Below, in pieces: positions 9,438 to 21,927 of a stretch of DNA of 64,000 bases. The notes beneath the pieces are model-generated. The model was given only the letters and a program-made list of their open reading frames with translations, did no database searches and was not told the DNA's origin. Source of the stretch: an uncultured Gemmatimonadales bacterium (GTDB lineage: Bacteria > Gemmatimonadota > Gemmatimonadetes > Gemmatimonadales > GWC2-71-9); contig CAWGED010000019.1 of NCBI GenBank assembly GCA_963821525.1, positions 652,449-716,448 of the forward strand, written 5' to 3'. The first letter of the stretch is position 1. Each line of letters starts with the position of its first letter. The translations under genes and the position numbers were made by a program.

Positions 9438-10691
9438 ATGTCGGACATATCGATCGTAAAGACAAAGGAAGACGAAGCCTCCAAGTCCCTCCAGGTGACC
9501 GTGCCGGTGGATCGGGTTCGCCAGGCGGAGGACAAGGCTCTCAAGTACTACCGGCAGCGGGCCCGCCTGCCCGGCTTTCGCCAGGGACACGCCCCCGAAG
9601 GGGTGGTTCGCAAGCGCTTTGGTGACGCCATCCGGCAGACCGTGCTGGAAGAGGTGATCCGGGAGAGCTGGGAAGCGGCCCAGACCAGCGAGCAGCTCAA
9701 GCCGATCGCCGAGCCGCACATCCACAATCTCAAGTTCGAGACCGGTGGCCCGATCGAATTCGAGTTCCACGTCGAGGTCCGTCCCGAGGTTAAGCTCGAC
9801 CGCACCGGTGGCTTTACCCTGCACCGCCGGGTGCTTCCGGTGACGGATGCGGAGGTCGAGTCGCGCCTGCGTGACGTACAGGAACAGAAGGCGACCTGGA
9901 TCCCGGTCGAAGGGCAGAAGCCTTCACCCGGCCAGCAAGTGAGAATCGAAGTCGCGCCGCTTGAGGGAGAGAACGCCGCCGCCGCGCAGCCCTATGTGAT
10001 GGTGCTGGGCGAGGGCCGCGCGATCCCCGACGTCGAGGAGCGGGTGATGACGCTGCTTCCCGGAGAGTCGGTGGATACCGAAGTCCGCTTCCCGGAGGAC
10101 TTCTCGGATGAATCCCGCCGCGGCCAGACTCGCAAGGTGCGCATCGCGCTGCACGAGGTGAAACGGCAGGAGTTACCGGCCCTGGACGACAGCTTCGCGC
10201 GGGAAGTGGGAGACTTCGAAAGTCTCGATGCGCTGCGGGCCGCCATCCGGACCGATCTGGAGCGGGACGCGCAGCAGACCGCCGATCAGTCCGTACGTCA
10301 GGACCTGGTTCGCCAGCTGATCGAGGCTAACGGAATCACCGCCCCCGGTTCGTTGGTGGACCGGTTGATTCAGGGATACGGTCAGGCCTACCAGATTGAT
10401 CAGGCCCGTCTCGGGGACTTCGCCAATGAATTCCGTCCCATGGCGGAGTCCCAGGTAAAGCGGGACTTATTGCTCGACACCGTGGTGGAAAGCGAAAAAC
10501 TGGCAGCCACCGAGGCGGATATCGATGGTCGGGTTGCGGCGATGGCCCAGGCACGGGGGTTGCCGGTCGGACAGTTGTACGCCCAGCTGGAGAAGGCCAA
10601 CCGGCTGCGGGAACTGGAGCGTGGGATCACCGAGGAGAAGGCGTTCGCCTGGCTCCTCCAGCAAAGCACCATTGAGGAGAGCGCGAATTGA
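9438..10691 (+). CDS. tig: trigger factor
   Basis: [27 protein letters not shown] and the overall length fit trigger factor. Conserved tig-clpP-clpX order. The ORF track start at 9429 is a TTG; the ATG is at 9438. Confidence 0.9.
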   Translation: MSDISIVKTKEDEASKSLQVTVPVDRVRQAEDKALKYYRQRARLPGFRQGHAPEGVVRKRFGDAIRQTVLEEVIRESWEAAQTSEQLKPIAEPHIHNLKFETGGPIEFEFHVEVRPEVKLDRTGGFTLHRRVLPVTDAEVESRLRDVQEQKATWIPVEGQKPSPGQQVRIEVAPLEGENAAAAQPYVMVLGEGRAIPDVEERVMTLLPGESVDTEVRFPEDFSDESRRGQTRKVRIALHEVKRQELPALDDSFAREVGDFESLDALRAAIRTDLERDAQQTADQSVRQDLVRQLIEANGITAPGSLVDRLIQGYGQAYQIDQARLGDFANEFRPMAESQVKRDLLLDTVVESEKLAATEADIDGRVAAMAQARGLPVGQLYAQLEKANRLRELERGITEEKAFAWLLQQSTIEESAN

Positions 10692-10693
10692 CG

Positions 10694-11308
10694 ATGTCAA
10701 CTCTCTATCCGCCGTATGTGATTGAACGGTCGAGCCGCGGGGAGCGGTCCTACGATATCTTCTCCCGGCTGCTGATGGATCGGATCGTTTTCATGGGAGC
10801 GCCGATCAACGACGATGTGGCCAATATCGTGATCGCGCAGCTGCTCTTCCTGGAAGCGGACAATCCCGAGCGGGACATCTATCTCTACATCAACTCGCCG
10901 GGCGGTGTCGTCTCGAGCGGCCTCGCGATCTACGACACGATGCAGTACCTCAAGGCGCCGATCAATACCATCTGCATGGGGATGGCGGCCTCGATGGGCT
11001 CGTTCCTGCTGGCGGCGGGACTCAAGGGCAAGCGGAGCGCCCTGCCCCACTCCCGTATCATGATTCACCAGCCCTCGGGCGGTGCGCAGGGGACCGCGGC
11101 CGACATCGAGATCCAGGCGCGCGAGATCCTCTATCTCCGTTCGAAGCTGAACGGCCTGTACGCCCAGCACACCGGCCAGGCCATCGAGACCATCGAACGG
11201 GACATGGATCGCGACCGCTTCATGAGCGCCGAGGAGGCGAAGGAGTACGGGATCATCGACAGCGTAATCACCAAGCATACCGAGATTCAGCCGGCCAAGA
11301 ACCCTTGA
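10694..11308 (+). CDS. clpP: ATP-dependent Clp protease proteolytic subunit
   Basis: [38 protein letters not shown] and [11 protein letters not shown] (catalytic Ser context). An alternative TTG start at 10688 overlaps the tig stop. Confidence 0.93.
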   Translation: MSTLYPPYVIERSSRGERSYDIFSRLLMDRIVFMGAPINDDVANIVIAQLLFLEADNPERDIYLYINSPGGVVSSGLAIYDTMQYLKAPINTICMGMAASMGSFLLAAGLKGKRSALPHSRIMIHQPSGGAQGTAADIEIQAREILYLRSKLNGLYAQHTGQAIETIERDMDRDRFMSAEEAKEYGIIDSVITKHTEIQPAKNP

Positions 11309-11380
11309 CGCTCCCCCGGAGCCGGGGCACCTTTTGACTGTCTTCCCCGGCTCCCTTTCACCTTAGACCGCGGTTGGTAC

Positions 11381-13314
<1,934 letters not shown>

Positions 13315-13318
<4 letters not shown>

Positions 13319-13957
13319 ACAAGGCTTGGTTAGTGATCGCAATAGCCCTGACGATGGCCTGCGCCGGCGCTTCCCACGCCCAGAGCGGCGAAATGAGCGT
13401 CGCCGGGGGCGACCTTCCCCCACCCGGCTACGGCACTCTGAGCCAGGACGACATCTCGATCCGCTTCAACGCGGGAGACATCGATATCCGCATGGTGCCG
13501 CTGGACCAGCGGGTGATGCGGCTGCTGGGCCCCGACGTCTACGCCTCGCTCAACAAGCTCACGATAGACCGCGACGCTTCGATCGATTCTGTGGCCGCGC
13601 TGGGCGGAGCCTCGGATCCTGGATTGATGCTGGTGAGTTTCTTCGGACGACGGGACGGAGTGCGCTTCGAGCCACTCAACGTCTTCCTGGTAATCCGCAA
13701 TCAGACTTACCCAGCCGATCGGCATGGTCCCCTTCACCGCCAGCATCACCAACCGGCAGCTCGACACCCGGCAACAGGCCTCTGCGATCATGGTTTACAA
13801 CACGCCGATTCCGGTTTACGAAAGCTTCGGCGTCGCCTACGGCGTCATCGTGGTGCCAGGCGCCTGGAGCAACCAGCTCTCCAAGGTGCAACGGGAACGC
13901 ACTCGCGTCATGACAAAGGTGAGGCAGGGACAGGTGGATAGCGCGAAGGCGCCGTGA
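13315..13957 (+). CDS. hypothetical secreted protein, probable frame break near 13710
   Basis: The ATG at 13315 overlaps the previous stop (ATGA). Signal peptide [22 protein letters not shown]. The plausible sequence continues in the +1 frame from about 13712 ([18 protein letters not shown]...), next to a CCC run. Confidence 0.5.
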
Positions 13958-14185
13958 GGAAAGCGGGGAACGGGAACAGGGAACGGGGGGGAAAGGTTAC
14001 GAGCTACACCAGCACCTCATCCCGAGAGCCTGCCCCGAGCGCAGCGAGGGGAGCGTAGCGACGAGGGACCTACTAACCGAGCCATTGCGCATTGGCCAGG
14101 ACAGTAGGTCCCTCGCTGCGCTCGGGATGAGGTGCTCCTAATACTTGTCCGGTCTCCCTTTTCCCCCTCAGTCCTCGGTCCTTTC
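13958..14185. repeat. heptamer-arm junction element E3 (GGGAACA type) with inner conserved-core hairpin
   Basis: Outer arms GGAAAGCGGGGAACGGGAACAGGGAACGGGGGGGAAAGG and CCGGTCTCCCTTTTCCCCCTCAGTCCTCGGTCCTTTC. The inner right arm is GTAGGTCCCTCGCTGCGCTCGGGATGAGGTG (14104-14134). Its complement lies at 14013-14073, interrupted by internal duplications. Confidence 0.8.
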
Positions 14186-15159
14186 AACTTCTCGCTGAGG
14201 TTCCCCACCACCTCTCCACTCCCTCGAACGTCCTCCCCGCCACCAGCATCGCCGTCGACAGCACGTCCGCCTCGATTCCGCTGCGAGCCTCGACACTCAC
14301 CTGCACCATGCGATCCGCGGGATAACCGGTCGCAGGATCCATCACGTGGCCGCGGACTACGGCACCGTAGCGAATCACCGACATCGTGTTGGCGCTGGTC
14401 GCGAGCGCGCGGTCCCGCAGGACACCGGCGGGCCGGGAAGCCCCTGAGCCGGTCGGATCGGCCAGATCCACCCGCCAGCCTTCCTGACCCGGCGGCGCGC
14501 CCAACGCGATGCAATCACCGCTCACATCGATGAAGGCTCGCTCGACTCCGCGGGCCCGTAGCACACTCGCCGCCCGGTCCAGACCATAGCCCACTCCGAT
14601 CCCGCCGAGGTCGAGCTGAGTCACGGCGGAGGGAAGTGTCACTCGGTCTCCATCGATCAGCATCACACTGGCTCGTACCGCCTTCTCCGCTTCCCGGAGC
14701 TCCATCGCGCCGGGCGGCGCTTTCCTCGGCTCACGGAAACCCCAGACCCGCATCAACGGCTCGACTCGCGATATTGAATGCCCCGCCCGTCGAGCGTCGA
14801 GCACGAGCCGCGGCGCTGAGCACCTCGAGCAGGTCCCCATCCACCTTCATCGCCGACTTCCCGGCGTGACGGTTCATCTCGGAGAGGTCGCTCGCGTCAT
14901 CGAACCGGGAGAGCCGGCCTTCGACGCGACGCAGCTCCGCCAGGGCCAGAGCGGCGGCTTCAAGGCCGGCAGCCTCGGACTCGTGGAAGAGCATCAGGTG
15001 AACCGGCTGTCCCATGGCCCAGGACCAGCGTTCTACCAGGCGGGAAGGCGGGGAGGCGGGAAGGCGGGAAGAAGCGCTCATCAGACCGGCCGACCGACCG
15101 CCTGACTGACCGACCGCCATCACCGCCCCCAGCATCGACACGAAGTCCCGGCGGTTCAC
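14184..15159 (-). pseudogene. apbE: FAD:protein FMN transferase (ApbE), frame-disrupted as sequenced near 14765-14770
   Basis: The N-terminal frame (14731..15159) has a Tat-like MNRRDFVSMLGAVMAV and ends ...TGGAFNI. The C-terminal frame (14184..14840) continues VEPLMRVWGF...DLGGIGVGYG. One extra base separates the frames. GTGA overlap with the upstream gene. Confidence 0.8.
15039..15070. repeat. octanucleotide tandem array GGCGGGAA x4 inside apbE
   Basis: GGCGGGAA GGCGGGGA GGCGGGAA GGCGGGAA. It encodes SRLPASPPSR just after the signal peptide on the minus strand. Confidence 0.8.
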
Positions 15160-15662
15160 TTCTGTTCCACCAGGTGGAGTTCGGTGAGAATCAGCCAGCT
15201 CTGCAGGTAGAAGGTGATCGCCATGGCCGTGCTGGAGAGCTCCAGCAGCCAGCTGAACCGCGGATCAACGTAGCGTACCAGCCAAAGCGAGCTGAACGAC
15301 ACCAGCAGGGCCACGAATGGCTCGACGATCAGAAAGCGCCTCAAACGGGGCGAGAGCCGGGAGCAGAGAGCTACTCCCAGGCCCGAGAACGCAAAAATCA
15401 CCGCCATGCTCAGAATGTGCGTGTGGGTCAACGTGAGCATCTCGGCGTACGACTTGGCAAACTGCATCGCCCCTTCGGCCGCGGTACTGTCGGACCCGCG
15501 GTACCGGTCGCTGATCCCCGAGGGCGCCATGTGGGTCGTGTGCAGGACGAAAAGCAGGGCCGTGGTGTAGCCCACCACCTGAACGATGGTGAGCCACCGG
15601 GCCACGCTGCGGAATGGCGGTGGGACATCGCGCCAGAGATACTCGATGTTCCTGGAATTCAT
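15156..15662 (-). CDS. small polytopic membrane protein with paired His motifs (unknown family)
   Basis: The ATG at 15662 overlaps the upstream stop (ATGA). About four hydrophobic helices. HTTHMAP and THTHIL motifs lie at helix ends. Confidence 0.6.
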   Translation of the reverse strand: MNSRNIEYLWRDVPPPFRSVARWLTIVQVVGYTTALLFVLHTTHMAPSGISDRYRGSDSTAAEGAMQFAKSYAEMLTLTHTHILSMAVIFAFSGLGVALCSRLSPRLRRFLIVEPFVALLVSFSSLWLVRYVDPRFSWLLELSSTAMAITFYLQSWLILTELHLVEQK

Positions 15663-16141
15663 TGGAGTTTGCCCGCCGCGTGCCACGCGGTGAGATCGGC
15701 GACCGCCTTGCGGACGGCCAGGGTGACGGAATTCACGCTGATCGTTGCTCCCGAGATGGACCGAATGTCCTTCCCGACTTCCATGGGATCCTGCGCCGTC
15801 TTCCCCCGGAATTGCTTGCGCCACGAGTCGTACGCCACCTCGCCGCCGTAGGGCTCGCGGTAGACCAGGATATCAACGTCCTTCAGGTGATCACCCGGAT
15901 CCACCGCGACCAGAAACGTGATGGGCTGGTCCTTCCCCTTCACATTCCGCACGACGGCATACCCCAGCAACGAATCGGCCCGCTCGACCCGAAGCACCGG
16001 CGCATCATCCACCTTGACGGTGTCGGCGCGGGCTCCATCCCCGAACACCCGGGCGAGACTCGCCTGGAGCTTCTTGGCGGGGGCGTCCTGAGCGGTGAGA
16101 GGTGAGAAGTGAGACGTGAGAAGGACAAGACTCACCGCCAC
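15659..16141 (-). CDS. FMN-binding domain protein (periplasmic, flavinylation target type)
   Basis: The C-terminal IRSISGATISVNSV matches the FMN_bind S-G-A-T flavinylation motif seen in NqrC/RnfG-type proteins. GTG start. The first codons lie inside repeat E4. Confidence 0.7.
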   Translation of the reverse strand: MAVSLVLLTSHFSPLTAQDAPAKKLQASLARVFGDGARADTVKVDDAPVLRVERADSLLGYAVVRNVKGKDQPITFLVAVDPGDHLKDVDILVYREPYGGEVAYDSWRKQFRGKTAQDPMEVGKDIRSISGATISVNSVTLAVRKAVADLTAWHAAGKLQ

Positions 16142-16232
16142 GAATCGGCGCGCATAGAAGGCGATTCACGGGTTACTCGTCATTGGCGATTCCTCGTGTT
16201 TCCTCTCACCTCTCACGCTCTCACGTCTCACG
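16094..16232. repeat. heptamer-arm junction element E4 (GTGAGAN type)
   Basis: Left arm GGTGAGAGGTGAGAAGTGAGACGTGAGAAGG (16094-16124). Right arm CCTCTCACCTCTCACGCTCTCACGTCTCACG (16202-16232). Four heptamers per arm. Confidence 0.85.
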
Positions 16233-17369
16233 TCAAAACTGGTATCCAACCCCCAGCGCCAACACCTCGTTCTCCCCTGCTCCGGCCTGATTGTCGCGTA
16301 GCTGGTAGTCGGCCTTGAAGGCAACATTCCAGAGCGGCTTGTACGTCAGGCCAAAGGTGGTGATCCGGCGAGCAAGCGTGGCATCGTCCGGCGTGCCGGC
16401 AGCTGCCTTGGCCTGGGTATCGTAGTGATCGTACCGCACAAACGCGTTGAGGCGCTGGCTCGATTTGGGAGCGAGGAGCCCGAGCAGATTGTATCCGCCC
16501 TCGACGTAGCCACCGGCGATCCGTCGGCCGACGCCCTGTCCGTAGACCGCGTTGATCTTGTCGGCGTCGTAGACCTCGATGGTGCCTCCCACCGCGCGCA
16601 GCATGAAGGGCCCGTTGTCCCAGCGGGCGTCACCCATCAGCACCAGAACGGGAGCGTCGAATGCGCCGGTGCCGAGTCCGGGAACCTGGTTGGCCGTGCC
16701 ACCATACCAGAACGAACCGCCGACCTTGAGACCCGCCTGGGCATACTCCACCCGTCCGGTGAACGAAGGATTGGCGAAGCTCGCCTCTTTCCCCTCCTGG
16801 CGTCCCTCACGAATGCCTTGTTCCGCCGTGAACCCCTCGGCCTTGAGCCCATTCACCAGGAAGACCCGGTAACTGAGCCCGTTGACTCCCGGAATCTGGC
16901 CGACGGCGCCGACGCCGATGTCACGCCAAGTGGTGGGAATGACATCGTTGTCGAAGTCGGGCCGCTCGACTCCATTGAAGCTGGGTGGCTCGTGGGTCTC
17001 GTTGATGATGCCGATCGGCGGAAGCAGGAGTCCGGTCCGCAGCGTGAATGCGTTGGAGAAACGGTAATCCAGATACGCCTGCTCGAGTGCAACCTCGCCG
17101 CCCGATTCTCCGCCTTCGATCTTGGTGTCCTCCAACTCCAGCTCGGAGTGCAGGGTGATCCGCTCGTTGAACGCGTAGCCGGCGTAGATCACGAATCGCT
17201 TCACGTTCACCAAGCCGGGTGTGTCGGGCCCGGTGGAGTTGGAGTAGTGGACCTCCCCGTACCCGCCGATGGTGAGTTTGCCGGCTTCGTCCTGCGCGGA
17301 GAGCTGGGCAACGGGGAGTAGACACAGGCCAACCGCCCCGATGCGGACAATCAAGTTCATGAGTGACAA
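16233..17369 (-). CDS. outer-membrane porin-like beta-barrel protein
   Basis: Signal peptide MSLMNLIVRIGAVGLCLLPVAQLSAQ. Alternating beta-strand pattern. C-terminal ...VLALGVGYQF ends in an aromatic residue. Confidence 0.7.
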   Translation of the reverse strand: MSLMNLIVRIGAVGLCLLPVAQLSAQDEAGKLTIGGYGEVHYSNSTGPDTPGLVNVKRFVIYAGYAFNERITLHSELELEDTKIEGGESGGEVALEQAYLDYRFSNAFTLRTGLLLPPIGIINETHEPPSFNGVERPDFDNDVIPTTWRDIGVGAVGQIPGVNGLSYRVFLVNGLKAEGFTAEQGIREGRQEGKEASFANPSFTGRVEYAQAGLKVGGSFWYGGTANQVPGLGTGAFDAPVLVLMGDARWDNGPFMLRAVGGTIEVYDADKINAVYGQGVGRRIAGGYVEGGYNLLGLLAPKSSQRLNAFVRYDHYDTQAKAAAGTPDDATLARRITTFGLTYKPLWNVAFKADYQLRDNQAGAGENEVLALGVGYQF

Positions 17370-17383
17370 GGGGAAAGATTAGT

Positions 17384-17398
17384 TGAGAATGATTATCA
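17384..17398 (-). promoter_or_regulatory. candidate Fur box (7-1-7 type)
   Basis: The reverse complement TGATAATCATTCTCA matches TGATAATnATTATCA at 13 of 14 specified positions. It lies 15-29 nt upstream of the porin start, in a locally AT-rich leader within a GC-rich genome. Confidence 0.5.
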
Positions 17399-17522
17399 GA
17401 TAGAACTCTGACTAGTTTAGTCCCCTTTTGCGAGTTCGTCAACCAGATTTCCCCTTAGTACCACGGTTCACGTTTCCTCGGACAGGCCGAACCGCTAGAC
17501 TCTGTTGAATCCCGGAGGATGT

Positions 17523-18374
17523 ATGGCCTACCTGCCCCTGCGCGGAGTCGAACTCGCGGCCCCCGCCGCCCGCGTGTACGACGAATGGCTTGCCGCACTC
17601 GACGCCGATCTGTCTGCGCCCGGCGCCGACTGGTACCGGATCGCTCGGGACGTGCTGTTCGAGATCTGGTATCCCGGCCATTCGGACTACGACGGCATGG
17701 TCGCCGATGCGAAGCTCCCTGCAGCGAGCCGCATCGCGCTGCTCGGCCTGGATCCGCACAACATCACGCTCGAGCCCGAGTACTACGGCGATGTTGACGC
17801 GCCGCGCTTTGCCCGGGTGAAACCGCTGCTTTGGCTTTGGTACTCCTTCGATCGCTCTCCGCTGGGAGGACAGCACGTCTATCTCGGCCTCCGGTTCCGC
17901 CGCCTCCTGGCGCCTCGGATTTTTGCCCGCTGCGGAGAGAACTTCAAATGCTTCCAGCACGTCGAGTTCTCCTATGGATACAGCCTGGAGGTGGGGGACA
18001 ACGTGGTGGTTCACCGTCACGTGCTGCTGGACGACCGCGGTGGGCTCACCCTGGGCAACCGGGTCAGCATCTCGGATTACGCCAACATCTACAGTCACAC
18101 CCACAGCATCGTGGAGCAGCGCGAAGTGACTAACGCCCCCACCGTGATCGAGGACGACGTGCGCATCACCTACCACGCCACGGTGCTGGCGGGAGTCCGG
18201 GTGAAGGCCAACGCCATGGTGGGCGCCATGGCCCTCGCCACCAAGGACGTCAGGTCCTATCACGTGAACGTCGGGATTCCCGCCAAATCGGTTCGGGTCA
18301 AGCCGAATGCACCACCAGAGGCGTATGTGACCGAACGGGTTGGGGGCCGGCATCCCGGGGAGCCACCTCGCTGA
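17523..18374 (+). CDS. hexapeptide-repeat (left-handed beta-helix) acyl/acetyltransferase
   Basis: The C-terminal half has repeated [LIV]-G-x4 hexapeptides (LEVGDNVVVHRHVLLDDRGGLTLGNRVSISDYANI...VIEDDVRITYHATVLAGVRVKANAMVGAMA). The ATG at 17523 gives MAYLPL. Confidence 0.75.
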   Translation: MAYLPLRGVELAAPAARVYDEWLAALDADLSAPGADWYRIARDVLFEIWYPGHSDYDGMVADAKLPAASRIALLGLDPHNITLEPEYYGDVDAPRFARVKPLLWLWYSFDRSPLGGQHVYLGLRFRRLLAPRIFARCGENFKCFQHVEFSYGYSLEVGDNVVVHRHVLLDDRGGLTLGNRVSISDYANIYSHTHSIVEQREVTNAPTVIEDDVRITYHATVLAGVRVKANAMVGAMALATKDVRSYHVNVGIPAKSVRVKPNAPPEAYVTERVGGRHPGEPPR

Positions 18375-18433
18375 CCGCGGGCATTCTCGCTCTTCTGCTC
18401 CTGGTCGTCGCACTGGGACTCGCCGTTTCCCTG

Positions 18434-20455
18434 GTGCGATCGCGCCGGCGTTCCTTGGCACTGGAGCAGGACCGGAGCCAGCTCGCCCTCCAGCTCGACC
18501 GCCGCATCAACGAGATCTTCTCGCTTCAGGAATTGAGCTACGTGCTGGCCGAGTCGCTCCAGCTCGAGCGAGTGGCCGAGCAGGTGGTGCGCTACACCAT
18601 GCGGTTCCTCCAGGCCGACGGTGCCATCGTGATCCTGGCGGCGGAGGATGGCAGCAGCCTGATGGTGGCCGGCGCCGAGGGTTCGTTATCCGCTCTCAGT
18701 GGCCAACGACTCGCCGCCGATGACGCGACACTGGTGATGCGGGCGCTGCAGAACGAGCGGATCGAAGTCGAGCAGGATGTCTCGGGAGAGGGTGTCCTCC
18801 TGATCGGCGATGCCAGGGCCCAAATCGCCGCGGCCGCTCCGCTCCGCGCCCATGGATTTGCGATGGGCGCTCTCGCGGTGGCGGGCCACCGTTCGGGCAG
18901 CTTCGGCCCCGAGGATCTCTGGCTCCTGTCTACTGTGGCGACGCATGTCGCCGTGGTGATGGCCAACAGCCGGCTCTTCGAAATGGTGCGGCAGGCGAAA
19001 GAGGAGTGGGAAACCGCGTTCAACTCACTCGCCGAAGGCATCGCCGTGGTTGATGAGAAGGGCCGGATCAGTCGCGCCAATCGTGCCTTCGCGCGGATGC
19101 TCGATTCCCCTCTCCCTACCCTGATCGGCCGGAACTTCTGGCCGACCGTGGTCGGAGACAGCGAAGGGCCCGGCGATCTCTTCGCCGCCGCGAGCCGGGG
19201 AGAACGACCCTCGCCGGTCATGGTCCGGAGCGAGGTGCTCCACCGGATGCTGCGACTCACCGCGGCTCCACTTTCCGAGCCGCTGGACGGCACGGCGACC
19301 GTCATCCTCATCGAGGATGTGACGGAGCAACGGGCGCTCGAGGCCCAGCTCATTCAGAACGAAAAGCTGGCGGCGGTGGGGCAGCTGGTCTCCGGCGTCG
19401 CCCACGAGCTCAACAACCCGCTCACCTCGATCGCGGGACTGTCGGAGTTCCTGCTCGAGCGAAAAGATCTCCGGGCGAGCGACCGGGAGCACCTGCGGGT
19501 GGTGCACGAGCAGGCCGCGCGTGCCGGACTCATCGTACAGAATCTGCTGACCTTCGCCCGGAAGGAGACGCCCGAGCCGGCCGGGGTGGACTTGAACACC
19601 GTGGTGGAACGCACCGCGTTGCTCGTGGCCTACGACCTCCGGCTCCGCGGCATCGAGCTGGACCAGAAGTTGAGCACCGAAGAGATCAGCGTGAAGGGAA
19701 ACCGCTACGAGCTGCAGCAGGTGCTGCTGAACCTGCTGACCAATGCGACCCACGCGATCTCCAAGCTGCACCCTGACGCGGCGCGCCGAATCACCGTCGA
19801 GACATTGAGGGATGGCACCCAGGCGGTGCTCCGGGTACGGGATACCGGGCCCGGCGTGCCGCAGCAGCTCGTCTCCCAGCTCTTTACCCCGTTCTTCACC
19901 ACCAAGGACCCGGGCGAGGGAACCGGGTTGGGCCTCTCGATCAGTTACGGGATCGTCGAGTCACACGGCGGCCGCCTGAGCTATGCGCCTGCTGTTGGTG
20001 GGGGAGCCGAATTCACCGTCTCACTTCCCCACGTGCCTCATGGGGGAGAAGCGCCGGCGGTTCAGCCCGCGGGCCTCGAAGGGCTGCCTCGGGGGAAGGC
20101 TGGGCGCTCCATTCTCGTCGTGGATTCGGACCGGGCAGTCCATCGCACGGCGGTGGCACTCTTCGGCATGGCTGGTCATCGCGTGGTCAGCGTGCTGACC
20201 GGCGACGAAGCGATGCCGCTCGCGCAGGAAGGGGAGTATGACCTGGTGCTGGCCGATTCTCGCGCGACGATGAAGGGGGAAGGATTCGTGACCCACCTGC
20301 TGGCCGCGCGACCCGGGTGGAAGAGCCGGGTGGTTCTCACCGTCCCGGCCGATACCAGTTCGGTCCAGCTGCAACGCGAGGGATTCAGAGTCGTGGAGCG
20401 GCCGATCACCGTCCGCCAGCTGAGCGCCGCGGCGCAGGCACTGCTCGAGGGCTAG
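18434..20455 (+). CDS. hybrid sensor histidine kinase (GAF-PAS-HisKA-HATPase-receiver)
   Basis: H-box [16 protein letters not shown]1 and G2 boxes ([32 protein letters not shown]). C-terminal receiver-like ILVVDSD...LVLADS. An in-frame hydrophobic helix at 18371-18433 has no canonical start codon. Confidence 0.85.
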   Translation: MRSRRRSLALEQDRSQLALQLDRRINEIFSLQELSYVLAESLQLERVAEQVVRYTMRFLQADGAIVILAAEDGSSLMVAGAEGSLSALSGQRLAADDATLVMRALQNERIEVEQDVSGEGVLLIGDARAQIAAAAPLRAHGFAMGALAVAGHRSGSFGPEDLWLLSTVATHVAVVMANSRLFEMVRQAKEEWETAFNSLAEGIAVVDEKGRISRANRAFARMLDSPLPTLIGRNFWPTVVGDSEGPGDLFAAASRGERPSPVMVRSEVLHRMLRLTAAPLSEPLDGTATVILIEDVTEQRALEAQLIQNEKLAAVGQLVSGVAHELNNPLTSIAGLSEFLLERKDLRASDREHLRVVHEQAARAGLIVQNLLTFARKETPEPAGVDLNTVVERTALLVAYDLRLRGIELDQKLSTEEISVKGNRYELQQVLLNLLTNATHAISKLHPDAARRITVETLRDGTQAVLRVRDTGPGVPQQLVSQLFTPFFTTKDPGEGTGLGLSISYGIVESHGGRLSYAPAVGGGAEFTVSLPHVPHGGEAPAVQPAGLEGLPRGKAGRSILVVDSDRAVHRTAVALFGMAGHRVVSVLTGDEAMPLAQEGEYDLVLADSRATMKGEGFVTHLLAARPGWKSRVVLTVPADTSSVQLQREGFRVVERPITVRQLSAAAQALLEG

Positions 20456-21927
20456 TAACCCGCCTCCTCAGCCCGGCGGAACGGCTGGAGAGTGATCCTG
20501 CCGTGCAGTTTCCGGGCGACCTGATCCGCGCTCGCCACCGCCCAGAAATTCCCGCCCGCGTCGAGCACCGGCGCATCGATGAACCACCGCCGAGCCGAGA
20601 GAAAGACGTTGCCGGTAAGCTGAAGGTCGGTGCTGACCGAATCGATCACGACACCGTCATCCACTCCGTCGAACAGATTGCCCCGGATCCTGATCCGGGT
20701 ACTCCGTTCCACCAGGATCCCCTGCCCCACCTTGGCGATCGTGTTGTCGCCGATCCGATAATCCCGGCTCGGCTCATCGCCATCCTTGGAGGTAAAGAGC
20801 CGGATACCGACCTTGCCGCCGATGATGATGTTGCCGTTCAGCTCGTTCTCGCCCCCGTGCTCGATGGCGATGCCGCCAGTACGGGAGCCCACGACGGAGT
20901 TCTTCTCCACCGTGTTCGCCCGGGAGTATCCCAGCCAGAACCCGTAGTCCGAACTGTCGGCCCGATTCTCCAGGAAGGTGTTCCATTCGCTGAAGGTGGA
21001 CTCGAACGCATTGTGATAGGCGAACGAGGCGTCGTTCCGGATCACGAGATTGCCGATCGAGCCCGAGACCTCCGGTCGCTGGCCACTCAGGAAGAACCCG
21101 TCTCCCGACCAGGTGAGGTCGTTGTCCGCGATGAAATTCGAATCGCTGCGCTGCCGGAGCAGGAGGGCCGCGCTATCGCAGCCGTGGCGATAGCCGGGAC
21201 TCTCGCAGCGCACGTTGTGATCCGCCTTGTTACGGAGAATGGTATTGCGCGATGAACGCCAGAGATGGATTCCCCAACCCGAGTTGCCGCTGACATCGTT
21301 GTCGGCGATGATCGCGTTCCGGCTCTCGAACAACCCGATGCCGTTCTGCGCCCCACGCGCGATAACCCCGGTTACCGAGGCGCCGCTGGTTCGCTTGAGA
21401 TAGACGCCGTGGCCGTAGGTCTCAAACGTGTCGGGATGGAAGATGTCGAGCCAGTCGGCCTGATCGTAACGCTGCGGAGTCGAGCGCAACGTCTGGCTTC
21501 TCGATTGGGAGACATCCACCCCGCTGATCCGGTGTCCGCTTCCTCCATCGAGCTTGATGCCGTAGCGGTACCCCCGGATCCGGCCTCCGCGAACCGCGAC
21601 ACTGTCGACACCCGTGCTGGTGATTCCGATTCCTCGAAAGTCTGCCGGAACCGAGTCTCCGCTTTCGAGCGTGACACCGGTGAGGTCGATCCTGGTTCCC
21701 GGAGCAGAGGCGACGATGATGCCGCGCTCGTTGGGATCCGGGATGCGATAGCGGCCGGGACAGATCTTCACGTCCCCGCTCACTTGGGTACCCGGTTTCT
21801 GCAGTCGGGTGCAGGCGACGGCGTGAACCGGGAACGGGGAACGGGGAACAGGGGATCCCGTTGACTCGATAGGACCGATCGAGAGGGACAGCAGCAGGAC
21901 TGTTGCGATGGCTAGACGAATCATCAT
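20452..21927 (-). CDS. secreted right-handed parallel beta-helix repeat (PbH1/NosD-like) protein
   Basis: The ATG at 21927 overlaps the corrected hisF stop (ATGA). Signal peptide [18 protein letters not shown]. Repeated motifs follow (...N.I..N....G..GI.L...). In the ORF track it is fused to hisF only through read-through. Confidence 0.75.
   Translation of the reverse strand: MMIRLAIATVLLLSLSIGPIESTGSPVPRSPFPVHAVACTRLQKPGTQVSGDVKICPGRYRIPDPNERGIIVASAPGTRIDLTGVTLESGDSVPADFRGIGITSTGVDSVAVRGGRIRGYRYGIKLDGGSGHRISGVDVSQSRSQTLRSTPQRYDQADWLDIFHPDTFETYGHGVYLKRTSGASVTGVIARGAQNGIGLFESRNAIIADNDVSGNSGWGIHLWRSSRNTILRNKADHNVRCESPGYRHGCDSAALLLRQRSDSNFIADNDLTWSGDGFFLSGQRPEVSGSIGNLVIRNDASFAYHNAFESTFSEWNTFLENRADSSDYGFWLGYSRANTVEKNSVVGSRTGGIAIEHGGENELNGNIIIGGKVGIRLFTSKDGDEPSRDYRIGDNTIAKVGQGILVERSTRIRIRGNLFDGVDDGVVIDSVSTDLQLTGNVFLSARRWFIDAPVLDAGGNFWAVASADQVARKLHGRITLQPFRRAEEAGY

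Noticed and set aside
11318-11354. 10-bp inverted repeat GGAGCCGGGG / CCCCGGCTCC between clpP and clpX, considered as a terminator or attenuator
   Set aside because: It has a 17-nt loop and no U tract, and clpP-clpX are normally co-expressed. It is noted but not strong enough to annotate.
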